The notes under the pieces are model-generated. The model was not told where the DNA came from. It ran no database searches and saw only the letters and a list, made by a program, of their open reading frames with translations. A stretch of 64,000 nt of DNA from Microcoleus sp. GTDB taxonomy: Bacteria; Cyanobacteriota; Cyanobacteriia; Cyanobacteriales; Microcoleaceae. A program made the translations under genes and the position numbers. The stretch is from the NCBI GenBank assembly GCA_052279835.1, contig CP181291.1, forward strand, positions 5,504,001-5,568,000, in the 5' to 3' direction. Below are positions 1 through 10,525 of the stretch, one piece after another. Positions within the stretch are counted from its first letter, which is position 1, and every line of letters starts with the position of its first letter.

Positions 1-62
1 TCAAGACTTTGCAGTCTCAAGGTTACAAATTTAAAACTGTTTCTGAGTTGCTAAAAAATTAA
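1..62 (+). CDS. 3' end of probable polysaccharide deacetylase (partial)
   Basis: Reads KTLQSQGYKFKTVSELLKN* (TAA at 60-62), the typical C-terminal GY.F.TVSELL motif of NodB-type deacetylases. Confidence 0.6.
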   Translation, partial: KTLQSQGYKFKTVSELLKN

Positions 63-68
63 TATACC

Positions 69-1277
69 TTACGATCGAAGATTGTTGACCACGAAATCAG
101 CAATCTTGATGCTAGCGCCCGATCGCCCCATTCTTTCTAAGCCATTCTTCGCGCACCGGGCTAAATAAGCTTCGTCTTGCAAAGTCCGATAGACCCCTAA
201 AGCAGCTTCTTTAAGAACCTCGTGGTTCGCTGGTTGTTTGCCAAATACCTGTACCGATTCACCTAAAAGTCTGTGTTGAGCTTCCGCAAATCTATAGGTA
301 AAAGATGGCCCGTTTCCGGCCACTGAAATTACAGGTTTTCCCAAGCCCACGGCTTGTTCTACCGCAGTTCCTGTCATGCCAATTACTAAATTAGCGCGTT
401 GTAAAATATCTGCAAAAGCATCGGAATAGCAAAGGATTTCTACACCTAGTTTAGGTGAATAATTAGGTTTAATATCGGGGAAAATTAGTTTTCCTGAGTG
501 ATTTTTCCAGCCAGACCGCCGGGCAATCTTATCTAATTCTGGCATCAAAGAGGGAACTAAAGCAGCGAGAAACTGGAGAGGTTGTGAACCTAAAGCTACT
601 ATTTCTTTGACTAATTGTAGTAATAAAATAAAATTGTTAGTGGCTTCCGGGAGGCGAGAACCTGGGAGAAGGGCGACGGTCGGAACTTCCGGTATTAACT
701 GCAAATCTTTGGCAGTAGAATGGAGGTTGTCCATGACTGGATTGCCGACAAATTGGGCTTTTTTTAAACCTTGTCGATTTAAGTCAGCAGCAGTCAAAGC
801 GTCTCTGGTAAAGACCGCAAGACATTTAGGGGACGAGAGCAAACGCGGTAAGATGAAACCTAAATTGACTCGACCTTCATAATAACTAGAATGAGCGGAC
901 AGAAAAATTATATAGGGGCGATCGGTCAAATGGGCGATCGCCGCAACTACAATATCCCCAGTGGCCACAACTAAATCGCAGTGGGGCGAATGCCTCCAAA
1001 CAGCTCGCAATTGCTGGCAAGTCAAAGCAATCAGCCCGGCCCCAATATCTTTGACCAAAAATATGGGATTCATGTAAAAAACGCCACCGGAGGGCATTTT
1101 ACTGGTAGGCCCAATCATCCGTACACCCGATCGGGCGTAAGCAGCCCCGTCACCGACAATGGGCATCGCTGCCACATCGACATCGCAGCCAGATGCTCTC
1201 AAAGCGGACAAAATTTGACAGTTAATCGCGTCTTCCCCATGGCCATTGCTGAGGAAGAGTACGCCTTTAAATTTCAT
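69..1277 (-). CDS. lipid-A-disaccharide synthase-related protein (GT-B fold)
   Basis: LSNGHGED, GNPVMD, LLPGSRxPEA, GTAVEQAVGLGKPV motifs. Confidence 0.85.
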   Translation of the reverse strand: MKFKGVLFLSNGHGEDAINCQILSALRASGCDVDVAAMPIVGDGAAYARSGVRMIGPTSKMPSGGVFYMNPIFLVKDIGAGLIALTCQQLRAVWRHSPHCDLVVATGDIVVAAIAHLTDRPYIIFLSAHSSYYEGRVNLGFILPRLLSSPKCLAVFTRDALTAADLNRQGLKKAQFVGNPVMDNLHSTAKDLQLIPEVPTVALLPGSRLPEATNNFILLLQLVKEIVALGSQPLQFLAALVPSLMPELDKIARRSGWKNHSGKLIFPDIKPNYSPKLGVEILCYSDAFADILQRANLVIGMTGTAVEQAVGLGKPVISVAGNGPSFTYRFAEAQHRLLGESVQVFGKQPANHEVLKEAALGVYRTLQDEAYLARCAKNGLERMGRSGASIKIADFVVNNLRS

Positions 1278-1387
1278 AGCATCAGAATCAAGATCGAGCT
1301 TTTTTTCCCTGAGTGGCGCGATCGCTACCTGCCAGCAGGCTACGATTTTGTTAATCTAATTTAAATACATTGTGGAAGTGAAACAGC

Positions 1388-2551
1388 GTGAATATTGAAA
1401 TTGGGCGGGGCAAAAGTGCTCGCCGAGCTTACGGCATAGATGAAATCGCGCTCGTACCAGGACAGCGCACCCTCGATCCGAGTCTGGCAGACACCAGGTG
1501 GCAGATTGGCGGGATCGATCGCGAAATCCCGATTATCGCCAGCGCCATGGACGGAGTAGTCGATGTCCGTATGGCCGTTTTACTGTCGGAATTGGGAGCA
1601 CTGGGAGTCCTTAACCTAGAAGGAATTTACACCCGCTATGCCGACCCCCAGCCAATATTAGAGCGCATCGCTTCTGTCGGGAACCACGAATTCGTCTCCT
1701 TGATGCAGCAACTCTATGCCGAACCGATCAAGCCAGAATTAATCACTCAGCGAATCAAAGAAATTAAAGAGGGAGGAGGGATTGCTGCCGTCAGCGCTAC
1801 CCCCGCGGGGGCGAGCAAATACGGCTCAACAGTTGCCGCCGCAGGAGCTGATATATTTTTCATACAAGCAACTGTAGTATCAACAGCTTTTCTGGCCCCG
1901 GAATCGGTAGCGCCTCTAGACTTAACTCAATTTTGTCAAGAGATGCCGATACCAGTAGTTTTGGGCAACTGCGTCACCTACGAAGTAGCCCTCAATTTAA
2001 TGAAAACAGGCGCTGCTGGCATTCTGGTAGGCATTGGACCGGGAGCTGCTTGTACTTCCCGTGGTGTGCTGGGTGTGGGCGTTCCCCAAGCGACAGCAGT
2101 AGCAGACTGTGCAGCAGCGCGGGACGACTACTATCGCGAAACAGGCAAATACGTGTCAGTGATTGCTGACGGTGGTTTAATTACCGGTGGCGATATCTGT
2201 AAGTGCATTGCTTGTGGTGCTGATGGCGTGATGATTGGTTCTCCCTTCGCTAGGGCCGCAGAAGCCCCCGGTCGTGGATTCCACTGGGGGATGGCAACCC
2301 CCAGCCCCGTTTTGCCCCGTGGCACTCGCATTCGAGTGGGGACAACGGGTACTTTGGAGCAGATTCTCCGAGGTCCGGCGCAACTAGATGATGGGACTCA
2401 CAACTTGTTAGGTGCTCTGCAAACTAGCATGGGAACCCTTGGTGCTAAGGACATTAAGGAGATGCAGCAAGTGGAAGTGGTGATTGCTCCTTCTCTGCTG
2501 ACGGAGGGTAAGGTCTATCAAAAAGCTCAGCAATTGGGTATGGGTAAGTAG
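1388..2551 (+). CDS. guaB: GuaB3-family IMP dehydrogenase
   Basis: [17 protein letters not shown] catalytic Cys loop, IADGG; GTG start. Confidence 0.93.
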   Translation: MNIEIGRGKSARRAYGIDEIALVPGQRTLDPSLADTRWQIGGIDREIPIIASAMDGVVDVRMAVLLSELGALGVLNLEGIYTRYADPQPILERIASVGNHEFVSLMQQLYAEPIKPELITQRIKEIKEGGGIAAVSATPAGASKYGSTVAAAGADIFFIQATVVSTAFLAPESVAPLDLTQFCQEMPIPVVLGNCVTYEVALNLMKTGAAGILVGIGPGAACTSRGVLGVGVPQATAVADCAAARDDYYRETGKYVSVIADGGLITGGDICKCIACGADGVMIGSPFARAAEAPGRGFHWGMATPSPVLPRGTRIRVGTTGTLEQILRGPAQLDDGTHNLLGALQTSMGTLGAKDIKEMQQVEVVIAPSLLTEGKVYQKAQQLGMGK

Positions 2552-2656
2552 AAGTGCTTGTAACCTACAAGCTTACCTTTACAAATTTTGTGAGATAGTC
2601 TCGAAATTTACATAATGTTGTGGAATTATCGAGGAGGAGATGTCACAATAGAGTAA

Positions 2657-2727
2657 GCGGAGACACAAGTTTCCGTTCACTCCTCACACCACACTCCGCC
2701 CGAACTACTGTTTGGGCGGTTCCTTTT
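2657..2727 (+). ncRNA. yfr1: Yfr1 small RNA
   Basis: ACTCCTCACAC at 2679-2689 between a 5' hairpin (CGGAGAC..GTTTCCG) and a terminator hairpin (CCGCCCGAAC..GTTTGGGCGG + T-tract); canonical guaB-trxA location; ends approximate. Confidence 0.9.
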
Positions 2728-2934
2728 GTAACAAAGTTCTAGTTTTTAGTGGTTCAGTAAGGGTTTGAGGGTTTTGATGGCGGGTTGTCCCTCGATCGCC
2801 CACTTTCTACCTTGTCCCCTCTTCTTTGGACCTTGTGTCCTCTTGCTTCTTCCTCCTAAAATATTTAGTGCGACTGGTTACACTTTTTGCTAGAATTATA
2901 AACCGAGAAATAGTATTTACAAGGATGGCTAGGG

Positions 2935-3258
2935 ATGTCAGCAGCCGCGCAAGTAACCGACTCTACCTTCAAGCAGGAAGTGCTCGATAGCGAAGTTCCA
3001 GTTTTAGTTGATTTTTGGGCTCCTTGGTGCGGGCCCTGTAGGATGGTCGCCCCTGTCGTAGATGAAATTGCTCAGCAATTTGATGGACAGGTGAAGGTAG
3101 TAAAAGTTAATACCGACGAAAATCCTAACGTGGCTAGCCAATACGGTATCCGCAGTATTCCAACACTGATGATATTTAAGGGCGGTCAACGAGTGGATAT
3201 GGTGGTTGGGGCAGTTCCGAAAACTACTCTGGCTAACACTTTGGAAAAGTACATTTAA
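2935..3258 (+). CDS. trxA: thioredoxin (m-type)
   Basis: [10 protein letters not shown] active site; guaB-yfr1-trxA synteny. Confidence 0.96.
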   Translation: MSAAAQVTDSTFKQEVLDSEVPVLVDFWAPWCGPCRMVAPVVDEIAQQFDGQVKVVKVNTDENPNVASQYGIRSIPTLMIFKGGQRVDMVVGAVPKTTLANTLEKYI

Positions 3259-3508
3259 CCACTTTTGAAGATCTACCACAATCTACCCAAATATATCCAA
3301 ATTGGGTAGTGACTGGGAGGTTGATTAACAGTTTCATGAGATATTCAAAGACCTTTCCTGGAATTAAGGACATCTTTGATAACAAGCAGCTTGCAGGAAC
3401 AGGATAGAACTTAGGTTAATTAATTCCTGAACTCTACTTGTGGCTGATGAGTCTGGTTGTACCCTTGATTTTCAGTTGCTATTAATTGTTGCAGTTGCAG
3501 AAAAATTC

Positions 3509-4576
3509 ATGATTCCTTCTCCGTCTGGCAAAGCTTTTGAATCTCTCCAGGCTAAGGTGATAGATTTGATTAATCACTTGCCTCTGTTGAAGCACCAAGA
3601 GTGGATCGGACGATCGCTCTCTACTCTAGTGAGAATAGCCGGAGAGGATCTAGATCGCCTAGACTGGAAAATTATCTCCGCATCTCTGGGAGATATGGAA
3701 AAGGCTTTCTCTATGTTTTATCCTTACCGTCACGTTCGCAAAATAGTGATTTTTGGTTCGGCGAGGGTGTCCCCGGAATCGCCAGAATATCAGATAGCCA
3801 AAGATTTTGCGACAGCCATTACCCAACAAGGGTTTATGGTGATTACTGGCGGTGGTGGGGGCATCATGCAAGCAGGAAATGAGGGGGCCACTGCGGAACA
3901 TTCTTTTGGACTAAATATTAATTTGCCTTTCGAGCAAGGTTCTAATCCTTTCATTGCCGGCGATGGCAAATTGCTCAATTTTAAATATTTTTTCACTCGC
4001 AAGTTGTTTTTTCTACGGGAAAGTGATGCTTTGGCTCTGTTTCCAGGCGGTTTCGGTACTCTGGATGAGGCTTTTGAGTGTCTGACTTTGATTCAAACGG
4101 GCAAGTTTGGACCCGCTCCTGTGGTGTTAATCGATCGACCAGGCGGCGATTATTGGCACGATTTGGATGCTTTTGTGCAAAAACAATTGCGGGCGAGGGG
4201 TTTGATTTCCGGGGACGATCGCAGTTTATATACGGTGACAGACAATGTGGAATTAGCCTGCGAGGCGATCGCCAATTTTTATCTAGTTTATCACTCGTGT
4301 CGCTACGTGAATGAAAAACTGGTAATTCGGTTGAAGTCTGAACTTTCTGATGATAGTGTCGAGCGGTTAAATACGGATTTCAGCGATATTGTAGTCAACG
4401 GTAAAATTGAAAAAAGTCAAGCTTTACAAGCAGAAGTCGGCGACGAAAGTTTCGATTTACCAAGGCTAATATTGCATTTCAACCAGCGACATATAGGCAG
4501 GCTATATCAGCTAATTGCTACTATCAATCAAATGGGTGCAGATTCCCCGGAAGCAGCCCATCCCGAACAAAAATAG
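3509..4576 (+). CDS. LOG family (Rossmann-fold nucleotide-binding) protein
   Basis: IFGSAR, ITGGGGGIM, PGGFGTLDE; ATG 3509 preferred over GTG 3440. Confidence 0.88.
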   Translation: MIPSPSGKAFESLQAKVIDLINHLPLLKHQEWIGRSLSTLVRIAGEDLDRLDWKIISASLGDMEKAFSMFYPYRHVRKIVIFGSARVSPESPEYQIAKDFATAITQQGFMVITGGGGGIMQAGNEGATAEHSFGLNINLPFEQGSNPFIAGDGKLLNFKYFFTRKLFFLRESDALALFPGGFGTLDEAFECLTLIQTGKFGPAPVVLIDRPGGDYWHDLDAFVQKQLRARGLISGDDRSLYTVTDNVELACEAIANFYLVYHSCRYVNEKLVIRLKSELSDDSVERLNTDFSDIVVNGKIEKSQALQAEVGDESFDLPRLILHFNQRHIGRLYQLIATINQMGADSPEAAHPEQK

Positions 4577-4594
4577 TGAGTAGAGGACTTATTA

Positions 4595-5254
4595 ATGAAA
4601 CTTTATCACACTCCCATTTCCCCCAACTCCCGTCGCGTGTGGGTGGCTCTGTTAGAAAAAAAACTGGACTTTGAATTAATAGAAATCCACTTAGATGGCG
4701 ATCACTTAGAGCCGGAATTTGTGGCAATAAATCCTTTTCACCGTATCCCTGTATTAATCGATGATGACTTCACAGTCGTGGAGTCTCTGGCAATTCTTGA
4801 CTATCTAGAAGCCAAGTATCCTGAACCGGCAATGCTGCCGAAAGAACCGAAGGATTTAGCAGTAGTCCGCATGGTAGAAATGGTCACGGTTAACGAACTT
4901 CTACCAGGAATTTACCCCCTCAGTAGTGAAAAAATGGGCTGGGGAACTCCTGAACCGGAAAAAATTGCAGAGGCTAAAGAAAAAGTCCACACAGTGTTGA
5001 CATTCTTTGAAGGTTTGTTGGACGATCGCCCTTTTTTCGGTAGCAATGATTTGACTTTAGCCGAGTGCGTAGCCGGTACAGTAGTGCCTTGGATGGCATG
5101 GGTGGGTGTTCCCTTGGATGGTTATCCTAAAATTCAAGCTTGGTGCGATCGACTCATGTCCCGTCCCTCATGGCAGCAAACTCAGGTGACGGAGGCAGAC
5201 TTGCTCGCTTTCAGCACTCGGAGAAAAAAATTTCTGGAGCAAGGTAATAGGTAG
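4595..5254 (+). CDS. glutathione S-transferase family protein
   Basis: SPNSRRV, INPFHRIPVL, ESLAILDYL. Confidence 0.92.
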   Translation: MKLYHTPISPNSRRVWVALLEKKLDFELIEIHLDGDHLEPEFVAINPFHRIPVLIDDDFTVVESLAILDYLEAKYPEPAMLPKEPKDLAVVRMVEMVTVNELLPGIYPLSSEKMGWGTPEPEKIAEAKEKVHTVLTFFEGLLDDRPFFGSNDLTLAECVAGTVVPWMAWVGVPLDGYPKIQAWCDRLMSRPSWQQTQVTEADLLAFSTRRKKFLEQGNR

Positions 5255-5287
5255 TTGGTAATTGGTAATTGGTAATGCCCTATACCA

Positions 5288-5326
5288 TTCCCCCCTTGGG
5301 GGGGGCAGGGGGGGGTCAGGGGGGGT
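5288..5326. repeat. GC-rich dispersed palindromic repeat (CCCCCCTTGGGGGGGGCAGGGGGGG family)
   Basis: Same element at 11909-11938 (reverse), 22069-22100 and in tandem at 47095-47262; flanked by GGTAATT and CCATGAC heptamers. Confidence 0.75.
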
Positions 5327-5356
5327 TCTCCATGACCCATGACCCATGACCTCATC

Positions 5357-6247
5357 TTACTTGCACATAATCAAATTGCCAGCAGATATAAATCCAGCCG
5401 CAGGGGCGGAAATTTCCACCCAATTACGATTTTCTCCATTCTTATCTTTCACAGACTGGTAATTGGGCACCAGCGTTACTTTGCCGTTAGCAGCCACGCT
5501 ACCTTTAATCGCAGAAGTTTTGGAAGCATCCGCGCGGATAATTAGACCATTTGGTGCTACACGAGGTTCTACTTGGCGGCACAGACTGACAGGGCCTGGG
5601 GCTGGCGCAGGCGCAGGTGCTGGGGCAGGTGCTGGGGCAGGTGCTGGGGCAGGTGCTGGGGCAGGTGCTGGGGCAGGCATCGGCGCTGGGGCAGGCGCAG
5701 GCGCAGGTGCTGGTGCTGGGGCAGGCATCGGCGCTGGGGCAGGCGCAGGCGCAGGTGCTGGTGCGGGGGTAGGCGCAGGCGCGGGTGCTGGGGCTGGTGC
5801 TGGGGCTGGTGCGGGAGAAGGACTCGGAGTCACGGCGCTTCCTGTGGTACAGGAAACTAAATTACCCTCGTTATTGGGATATCCAACTGCCACATAACCC
5901 TTTACCGGAGCGGTAATTTCCATCCAGAGGCGGCCGTCGGAGCCTTTAATGGTAGTCGCGCCGCTAGCCAAGGTTACTTGAGTGTTCATGGCGACACCGC
6001 CAACTCTAGCAGATTTGGTTTCTGGACCCTGGCGAACAGTCAAACCCTCTTTGGGAGTAACTTTCCGACAAAGGCTCCCAGCTTGGGCTATTTGAAAGGT
6101 GGGGCTATTTGTGAAGGAAATATTGTCGCTGATATTGGATGTTGATTCAGCTACCGCAGGGATGCTATTTGCGGGCAGACTACCGACGACGATCGCGATC
6201 GCGCTCAGCAATACAGCCGGTTTGTTCCAACAATTGATGTTTGTCAT
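5357..6247 (-). CDS. secreted protein with two SH3b-like domains joined by a Pro-Ala linker
   Basis: Signal-like N-terminus; two similar modules (LCR.V.P..GL.VR...W.EI.AP..G); (PA)n tract; GAGGAG 9 nt upstream of ATG 6247. Confidence 0.75.
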   Translation of the reverse strand: MTNINCWNKPAVLLSAIAIVVGSLPANSIPAVAESTSNISDNISFTNSPTFQIAQAGSLCRKVTPKEGLTVRQGPETKSARVGGVAMNTQVTLASGATTIKGSDGRLWMEITAPVKGYVAVGYPNNEGNLVSCTTGSAVTPSPSPAPAPAPAPAPAPAPTPAPAPAPAPAPAPMPAPAPAPAPAPAPAPMPAPAPAPAPAPAPAPAPAPAPAPAPAPGPVSLCRQVEPRVAPNGLIIRADASKTSAIKGSVAANGKVTLVPNYQSVKDKNGENRNWVEISAPAAGFISAGNLIMCK

Positions 6248-6474
6248 TACGTTCAACTCCTCAATTCACCACAATCATTATCTTAATTGCACGTCAATAT
6301 AGCAAAAAAGTGGATGGGTCTTTTGGTCTTTCCACATCTAGCTGTGTTTAACATTTTTAGGCAAATACGTCAATATTTATTCACATAAATTAATTTTAAC
6401 TCCTTGATGAAAGTCCCGACTTCTTTAAGAAATCAGAACTGTGGGTGTTTTGTTTTTTTTGTGTCTCTAGTTAT

Positions 6475-7521
6475 TTATAAAATTTCGGTCAAAATTTTAA
6501 CTAATATTTGATTCTGTGCCTCCGTACCTACAGTAATTCGCAACTTATCTGCTAATCGGGGCTGATTGAAGTATCGAATTAATATTCCCTCTTGTTTCAG
6601 TCTTTGATAAATCCTTTCCGCATCGCCCTGGGGCGGACGGACTAACAAAAAGTTGGTTTCGGATGGCCAAATGTCAAAGCCTAATTCTTTGAGGCTAAGG
6701 GCTAATTTTTGTCGTGAAGCTTTAATCTTTTCGGCATTGGCTGTTTTGTAGGTCTGGTCTGCGATCGCCTCCGCTGCCACTAGATAAGCTAAAGCATCCA
6801 CATTATAACTGTCTTTAATTTTATTTAACTCAGCTATCAAGGCAGGATTTGTAATGCCAAAACCTAGCCTCAATCCGGCTAGGGAGTAACCTTTAGAAAG
6901 CGTCCTCAAAACTATAACATTATTGTAGGTTTTTGTCAACTCCAAAGCATGATTCTCTGCAAAATCTACATAGGCTTCATCAATCACCAGAATGCCAGAT
7001 AAACCCCTAGCTAGTTGCTCCAAATCTGCTAGCGGTATCGCCGTTCCTGATGGACTATTTGGTGAAGCCACAAAAGTGACAGCACCTTGGGCTGCTATTA
7101 GTAAATCAACAGGTAACTGATAGTCATCGGGATAGGGAATTTCGACAAATTCCACATCTTGAATTTCTGCCAAAGTGCGATACAATACATAGGTGGGGGA
7201 AGGACAAACCACCTGTTTACCAGTTTCACCCACAGCCCGAACTATCAAGTTTAACAAATCATCGCTACCGTTACCTACGACAATCCAATCATCAGGAACT
7301 CCCAAGACTTGACTAGCTGCGATGCGGAATTGTTTACCAGTGGGGTCGGGATAGCGCCGCAGTATCTCCCCGTCTATTTCCTGAAGCACTTTTAAAGCTT
7401 GTGGAGAAGGTGGATAGGGATTTTCATTAGAATTGAGTTTAATAATTTTAGTACCTAGTGGTGGTTGTTCCCCTGGTACATAGCCAGACATTTCGTGGAT
7501 TTTTTGGCGAAAGTAATTCAT
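6475..7521 (-). CDS. hisC: histidinol-phosphate aminotransferase
   Basis: KLNSNENPYPP, DEAYVDF, RTLSKGYSLAGLRLG. Confidence 0.93.
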   Translation of the reverse strand: MNYFRQKIHEMSGYVPGEQPPLGTKIIKLNSNENPYPPSPQALKVLQEIDGEILRRYPDPTGKQFRIAASQVLGVPDDWIVVGNGSDDLLNLIVRAVGETGKQVVCPSPTYVLYRTLAEIQDVEFVEIPYPDDYQLPVDLLIAAQGAVTFVASPNSPSGTAIPLADLEQLARGLSGILVIDEAYVDFAENHALELTKTYNNVIVLRTLSKGYSLAGLRLGFGITNPALIAELNKIKDSYNVDALAYLVAAEAIADQTYKTANAEKIKASRQKLALSLKELGFDIWPSETNFLLVRPPQGDAERIYQRLKQEGILIRYFNQPRLADKLRITVGTEAQNQILVKILTEIL

Positions 7522-7566
7522 CTATTATTATGGGCTTAGATCGGGATTCATTGGTAGTGAAAAAAA

Positions 7567-8280
7567 TTATATCAAACAATTAGTGACAATCCGGGTTATT
7601 CCTAAATCCACTAACTTTTGCAAATCTTCTCGATCGTCTACCGTCCAGGCCACAATGTCAACTCCCTGACTGCGGCTTTCTGCAATCAATCCAGGATTTG
7701 CCAGCAAAACACTATACAAAGTGCTAATGAGACGATCGCCCTTAACTACAGATTGAGCCAATTGAGCTTGGTACGCTTCCAGATTAGCAACAATATGTCC
7801 GAGTGACAAATCATCAGCTATTTGGCGCACTTGTTCGAGAAATCCATCGTTAAAGGAAGTAATCACGCATTTTTCTGTGATTCCGGCCGAGTGCAAAGTA
7901 TTGACAAAATCTGCCACTTCTGAATTAGACCATTCGCAGTGGGGTTTGACATCAAAGTAGAGAAATTTGTCAACTTGCTTGAGGATAGGCAATGCTGCGG
8001 TTAAGGTGGGGATTTTTTGTCCTGAAAATTCATCTGTGAACCATTTACCTGCATCCAGTGACTGCAATTCTGGTAATGTTTTGTCCCTGACTTTACCAGA
8101 AACACCGCTAATCCTATCGAGTGTGGCGTCGTGAAAAATGACTGGTATGCTGTCAGCCGATAGCTGGATGTCAAATTCGATGGAATGAGCGCCACGGGCG
8201 ATCGCCTGTTCAAAAGCTGCTAAGGTATTCTCAGGGGCGATCGACGAAAATCCCCGATGGGCTATAATTTCTAAACTCAT
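7567..8280 (-). CDS. glycerophosphodiester phosphodiesterase family protein
   Basis: IIAHRG..APENTLAAF, IEFDIQ, HD.TL.R, WTVD. Confidence 0.9.
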   Translation of the reverse strand: MSLEIIAHRGFSSIAPENTLAAFEQAIARGAHSIEFDIQLSADSIPVIFHDATLDRISGVSGKVRDKTLPELQSLDAGKWFTDEFSGQKIPTLTAALPILKQVDKFLYFDVKPHCEWSNSEVADFVNTLHSAGITEKCVITSFNDGFLEQVRQIADDLSLGHIVANLEAYQAQLAQSVVKGDRLISTLYSVLLANPGLIAESRSQGVDIVAWTVDDREDLQKLVDLGITRIVTNCLI

Positions 8281-9131
8281 GATTTTGTTGTATCTAAAAA
8301 TTCTGCCACAGTCTGATTAAAAGTTGCCGGTTCTACCAAAAAACACCAGTGATTTCCCGGTACTTTCTGTATCGTAAGATTTTTCAAGTATCTCTGATAG
8401 GGCTGGAGTTGCCAATCCATGCGATTCACACCTTTTTCGGGCTGGATTAACAAAGTTGGAATGTGAATATTTTCAGTTAAACCAGCAACTTGCATCACTT
8501 CTGTAAATATCTGATTGCGGGCGGGAATCACAAATTTACTACCCCAGCTAGCATCGGGTTTTTGCTCGATTTGCTGTTGGAATACCATTTGTTGCATCTC
8601 ACTCCAAGCTGCGTATTCTCCTGAGAGTTTGGCTGCTGTTTCCGCTGCGGATAAAGTCGCAAAGGGGCCCATACATTTGAGACAATCTAATTTGCGGTAA
8701 AGAAGTGGTAGGGTGAGTTTCATCACAGCGGGAAGTTTGGTGATGAAGATGGGGTCTACTAAAATCATACTGCCAAAGCGATCGGGATTTTGTCTGGCCC
8801 AAATTGGCGCTAGCTTTCCCGTCCAAGAATGTCCGAGAATGTGAGCATCGGGCCAGTTGAGGTGTGCCATCAAAGCTTCTAAATCGGCGATCGCACTTTC
8901 AAAAGTATAGCCGATATCTGGTTTGCTGCTATCTCCATGTCCGCGCATATCTGGCGCTACAATATGGTAGCGGTTTGACAAATAATTTCCCAGACTCGTC
9001 CAGACAACTGCACTATCTGCTAAACCATGTAACAACAGCAAGCGTGGAACTTGTTGTGATGCTGTTGTTGGTCGCCATTCTAGGTAAGAAATTTCGATTT
9101 CTGGTAAAACTAATGTGTGACGAGTTGGCAT
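8277..9131 (-). CDS. alpha/beta hydrolase
   Basis: LLHG, PDMRGHGDS, GHSWTG nucleophile elbow; 4-bp overlap with GDPD gene. Confidence 0.9.
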   Translation of the reverse strand: MPTRHTLVLPEIEISYLEWRPTTASQQVPRLLLLHGLADSAVVWTSLGNYLSNRYHIVAPDMRGHGDSSKPDIGYTFESAIADLEALMAHLNWPDAHILGHSWTGKLAPIWARQNPDRFGSMILVDPIFITKLPAVMKLTLPLLYRKLDCLKCMGPFATLSAAETAAKLSGEYAAWSEMQQMVFQQQIEQKPDASWGSKFVIPARNQIFTEVMQVAGLTENIHIPTLLIQPEKGVNRMDWQLQPYQRYLKNLTIQKVPGNHWCFLVEPATFNQTVAEFLDTTKS

Positions 9132-9184
9132 CTTTAAAAACGGGATTTGATTGTGGAGAAGAGATGATAGCTAGCCCCTATCGC

Positions 9185-10447
9185 CTAATATTTGCCTTTG
9201 AGACTCAACAAAATAAACTGAGTTTTTTGTGCTTCATCAAAACTGTCATCGCTGACTAAAACTAAACTTTGGCTACCATCAGGTAAGCGCGGCCCCAAGG
9301 TCATTCCTTCTAAGTTATACAACGGAATTCCTAATTCGCTCAAGTCTAATAGCAATTTTTTCCTCACAGGTTCAACTACAGACGCCCCCCCTTTGAAGCT
9401 CTTGATTCTCGAAGTATCTGTAGCAGCACCCACTGCAACTTGATAAATTCGCGCGCCGTATCCTGAAAGCCCAAAAGAACGCTCTAAACTCAAAAATTGA
9501 CCGCCACCAACAGTTACTAATTCTGTTAAACCGTTTAAAATACTTAAAGGAACTTGGTCTAAAGTGTAAAGATTTTCTGAAATTAATTGCGGTGTTTTGT
9601 TGACTATGATATAATGTAAAATGCGAATTTTACTAGCATTTTCCGGGTCTAGGTCTTGCATTAAAGGCGCTTCTGTGGCCACAAACAAACGAAACGGATC
9701 GAGACCGCCTGGACTAAAAGTTTCTGGGTCAATTGTGAGAGATTCAAATCCCAAATTATCTAAGACTCCTTGCTGCTGTTTCTCATCGCTAGCATCGGCA
9801 AGATAGCGCTGGGGAATTGGCAATTCCCCCAGCCACTTGCCAGTTTTGAGGTCAAATTCTCCGACAAAGGGAGGAATGCCAACGTGAGTGACACCTTCGC
9901 TGGCGACAAAGACGGAATTGCGGGGAGAAAGAGCGATACCTTCAGGATTGATTGCACCCCAAGAGAATGTTTGGCCATCTGCTTTTTTGAGAGAAGTAAC
10001 AGATTCAACAGCAACTTTTTTCAGACGAATATTGGCTGCATCTCCTAATTTGAGGTCTAGTCGAAGACTGTAAAATCTGGCTTCTCCGTTTTCGCTGGGG
10101 TCGTCGGAAATAGCGTAAAAACGATAAGCTTGGGAAGTCCCTGCGCTCATTCCTTTGGAGTCGTAGGTAATTCCTGATAAGCCTCCGACGGGGACTCCTT
10201 CAAAATTAATTTTTGGCAATTGGTAGTCTCCCAGAAATTCTAGGGACATTTCCGGGAAAGAGCGGTCTTTTGCTGCTGCGGGAGGCGGTGCACAAGCTGT
10301 GCAAATAGTTAACAAAATTAAGGCTAAACTGAATAAGCGTAAAATGCGATCGCCCAGGCTCTTAAAATCCCAATAATTGCTCAGTGCGGTAGTTTTTATG
10401 GGGCTGTTTTGGTTCAATTCTTGGCTTTTGTGCCATCTTTGTGACAT
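9185..10447 (-). CDS. esterase-like activity of phytase family protein (possible lipoprotein)
   Basis: GGLSGITYD, NPEGIA, NLGFESL, NLEG, LVSDD; CTAC lipobox-like segment; start uncertain. Confidence 0.85.
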   Translation of the reverse strand: MSQRWHKSQELNQNSPIKTTALSNYWDFKSLGDRILRLFSLALILLTICTACAPPPAAAKDRSFPEMSLEFLGDYQLPKINFEGVPVGGLSGITYDSKGMSAGTSQAYRFYAISDDPSENGEARFYSLRLDLKLGDAANIRLKKVAVESVTSLKKADGQTFSWGAINPEGIALSPRNSVFVASEGVTHVGIPPFVGEFDLKTGKWLGELPIPQRYLADASDEKQQQGVLDNLGFESLTIDPETFSPGGLDPFRLFVATEAPLMQDLDPENASKIRILHYIIVNKTPQLISENLYTLDQVPLSILNGLTELVTVGGGQFLSLERSFGLSGYGARIYQVAVGAATDTSRIKSFKGGASVVEPVRKKLLLDLSELGIPLYNLEGMTLGPRLPDGSQSLVLVSDDSFDEAQKTQFILLSLKGKY

Positions 10448-10525
10448 AATATATACCGTTTTGTAGATATGCAAAACTTGATGTTTCGGGAATCGATAGG
10501 GGTTCGCTCCCACCAAATTTTGAGG

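Noticed and set aside
5463..5897. Gly-Ala and Arg/Cys/Trp-rich ORFs on the + strand
   Set aside because: Antisense shadows of the Pro-Ala linker
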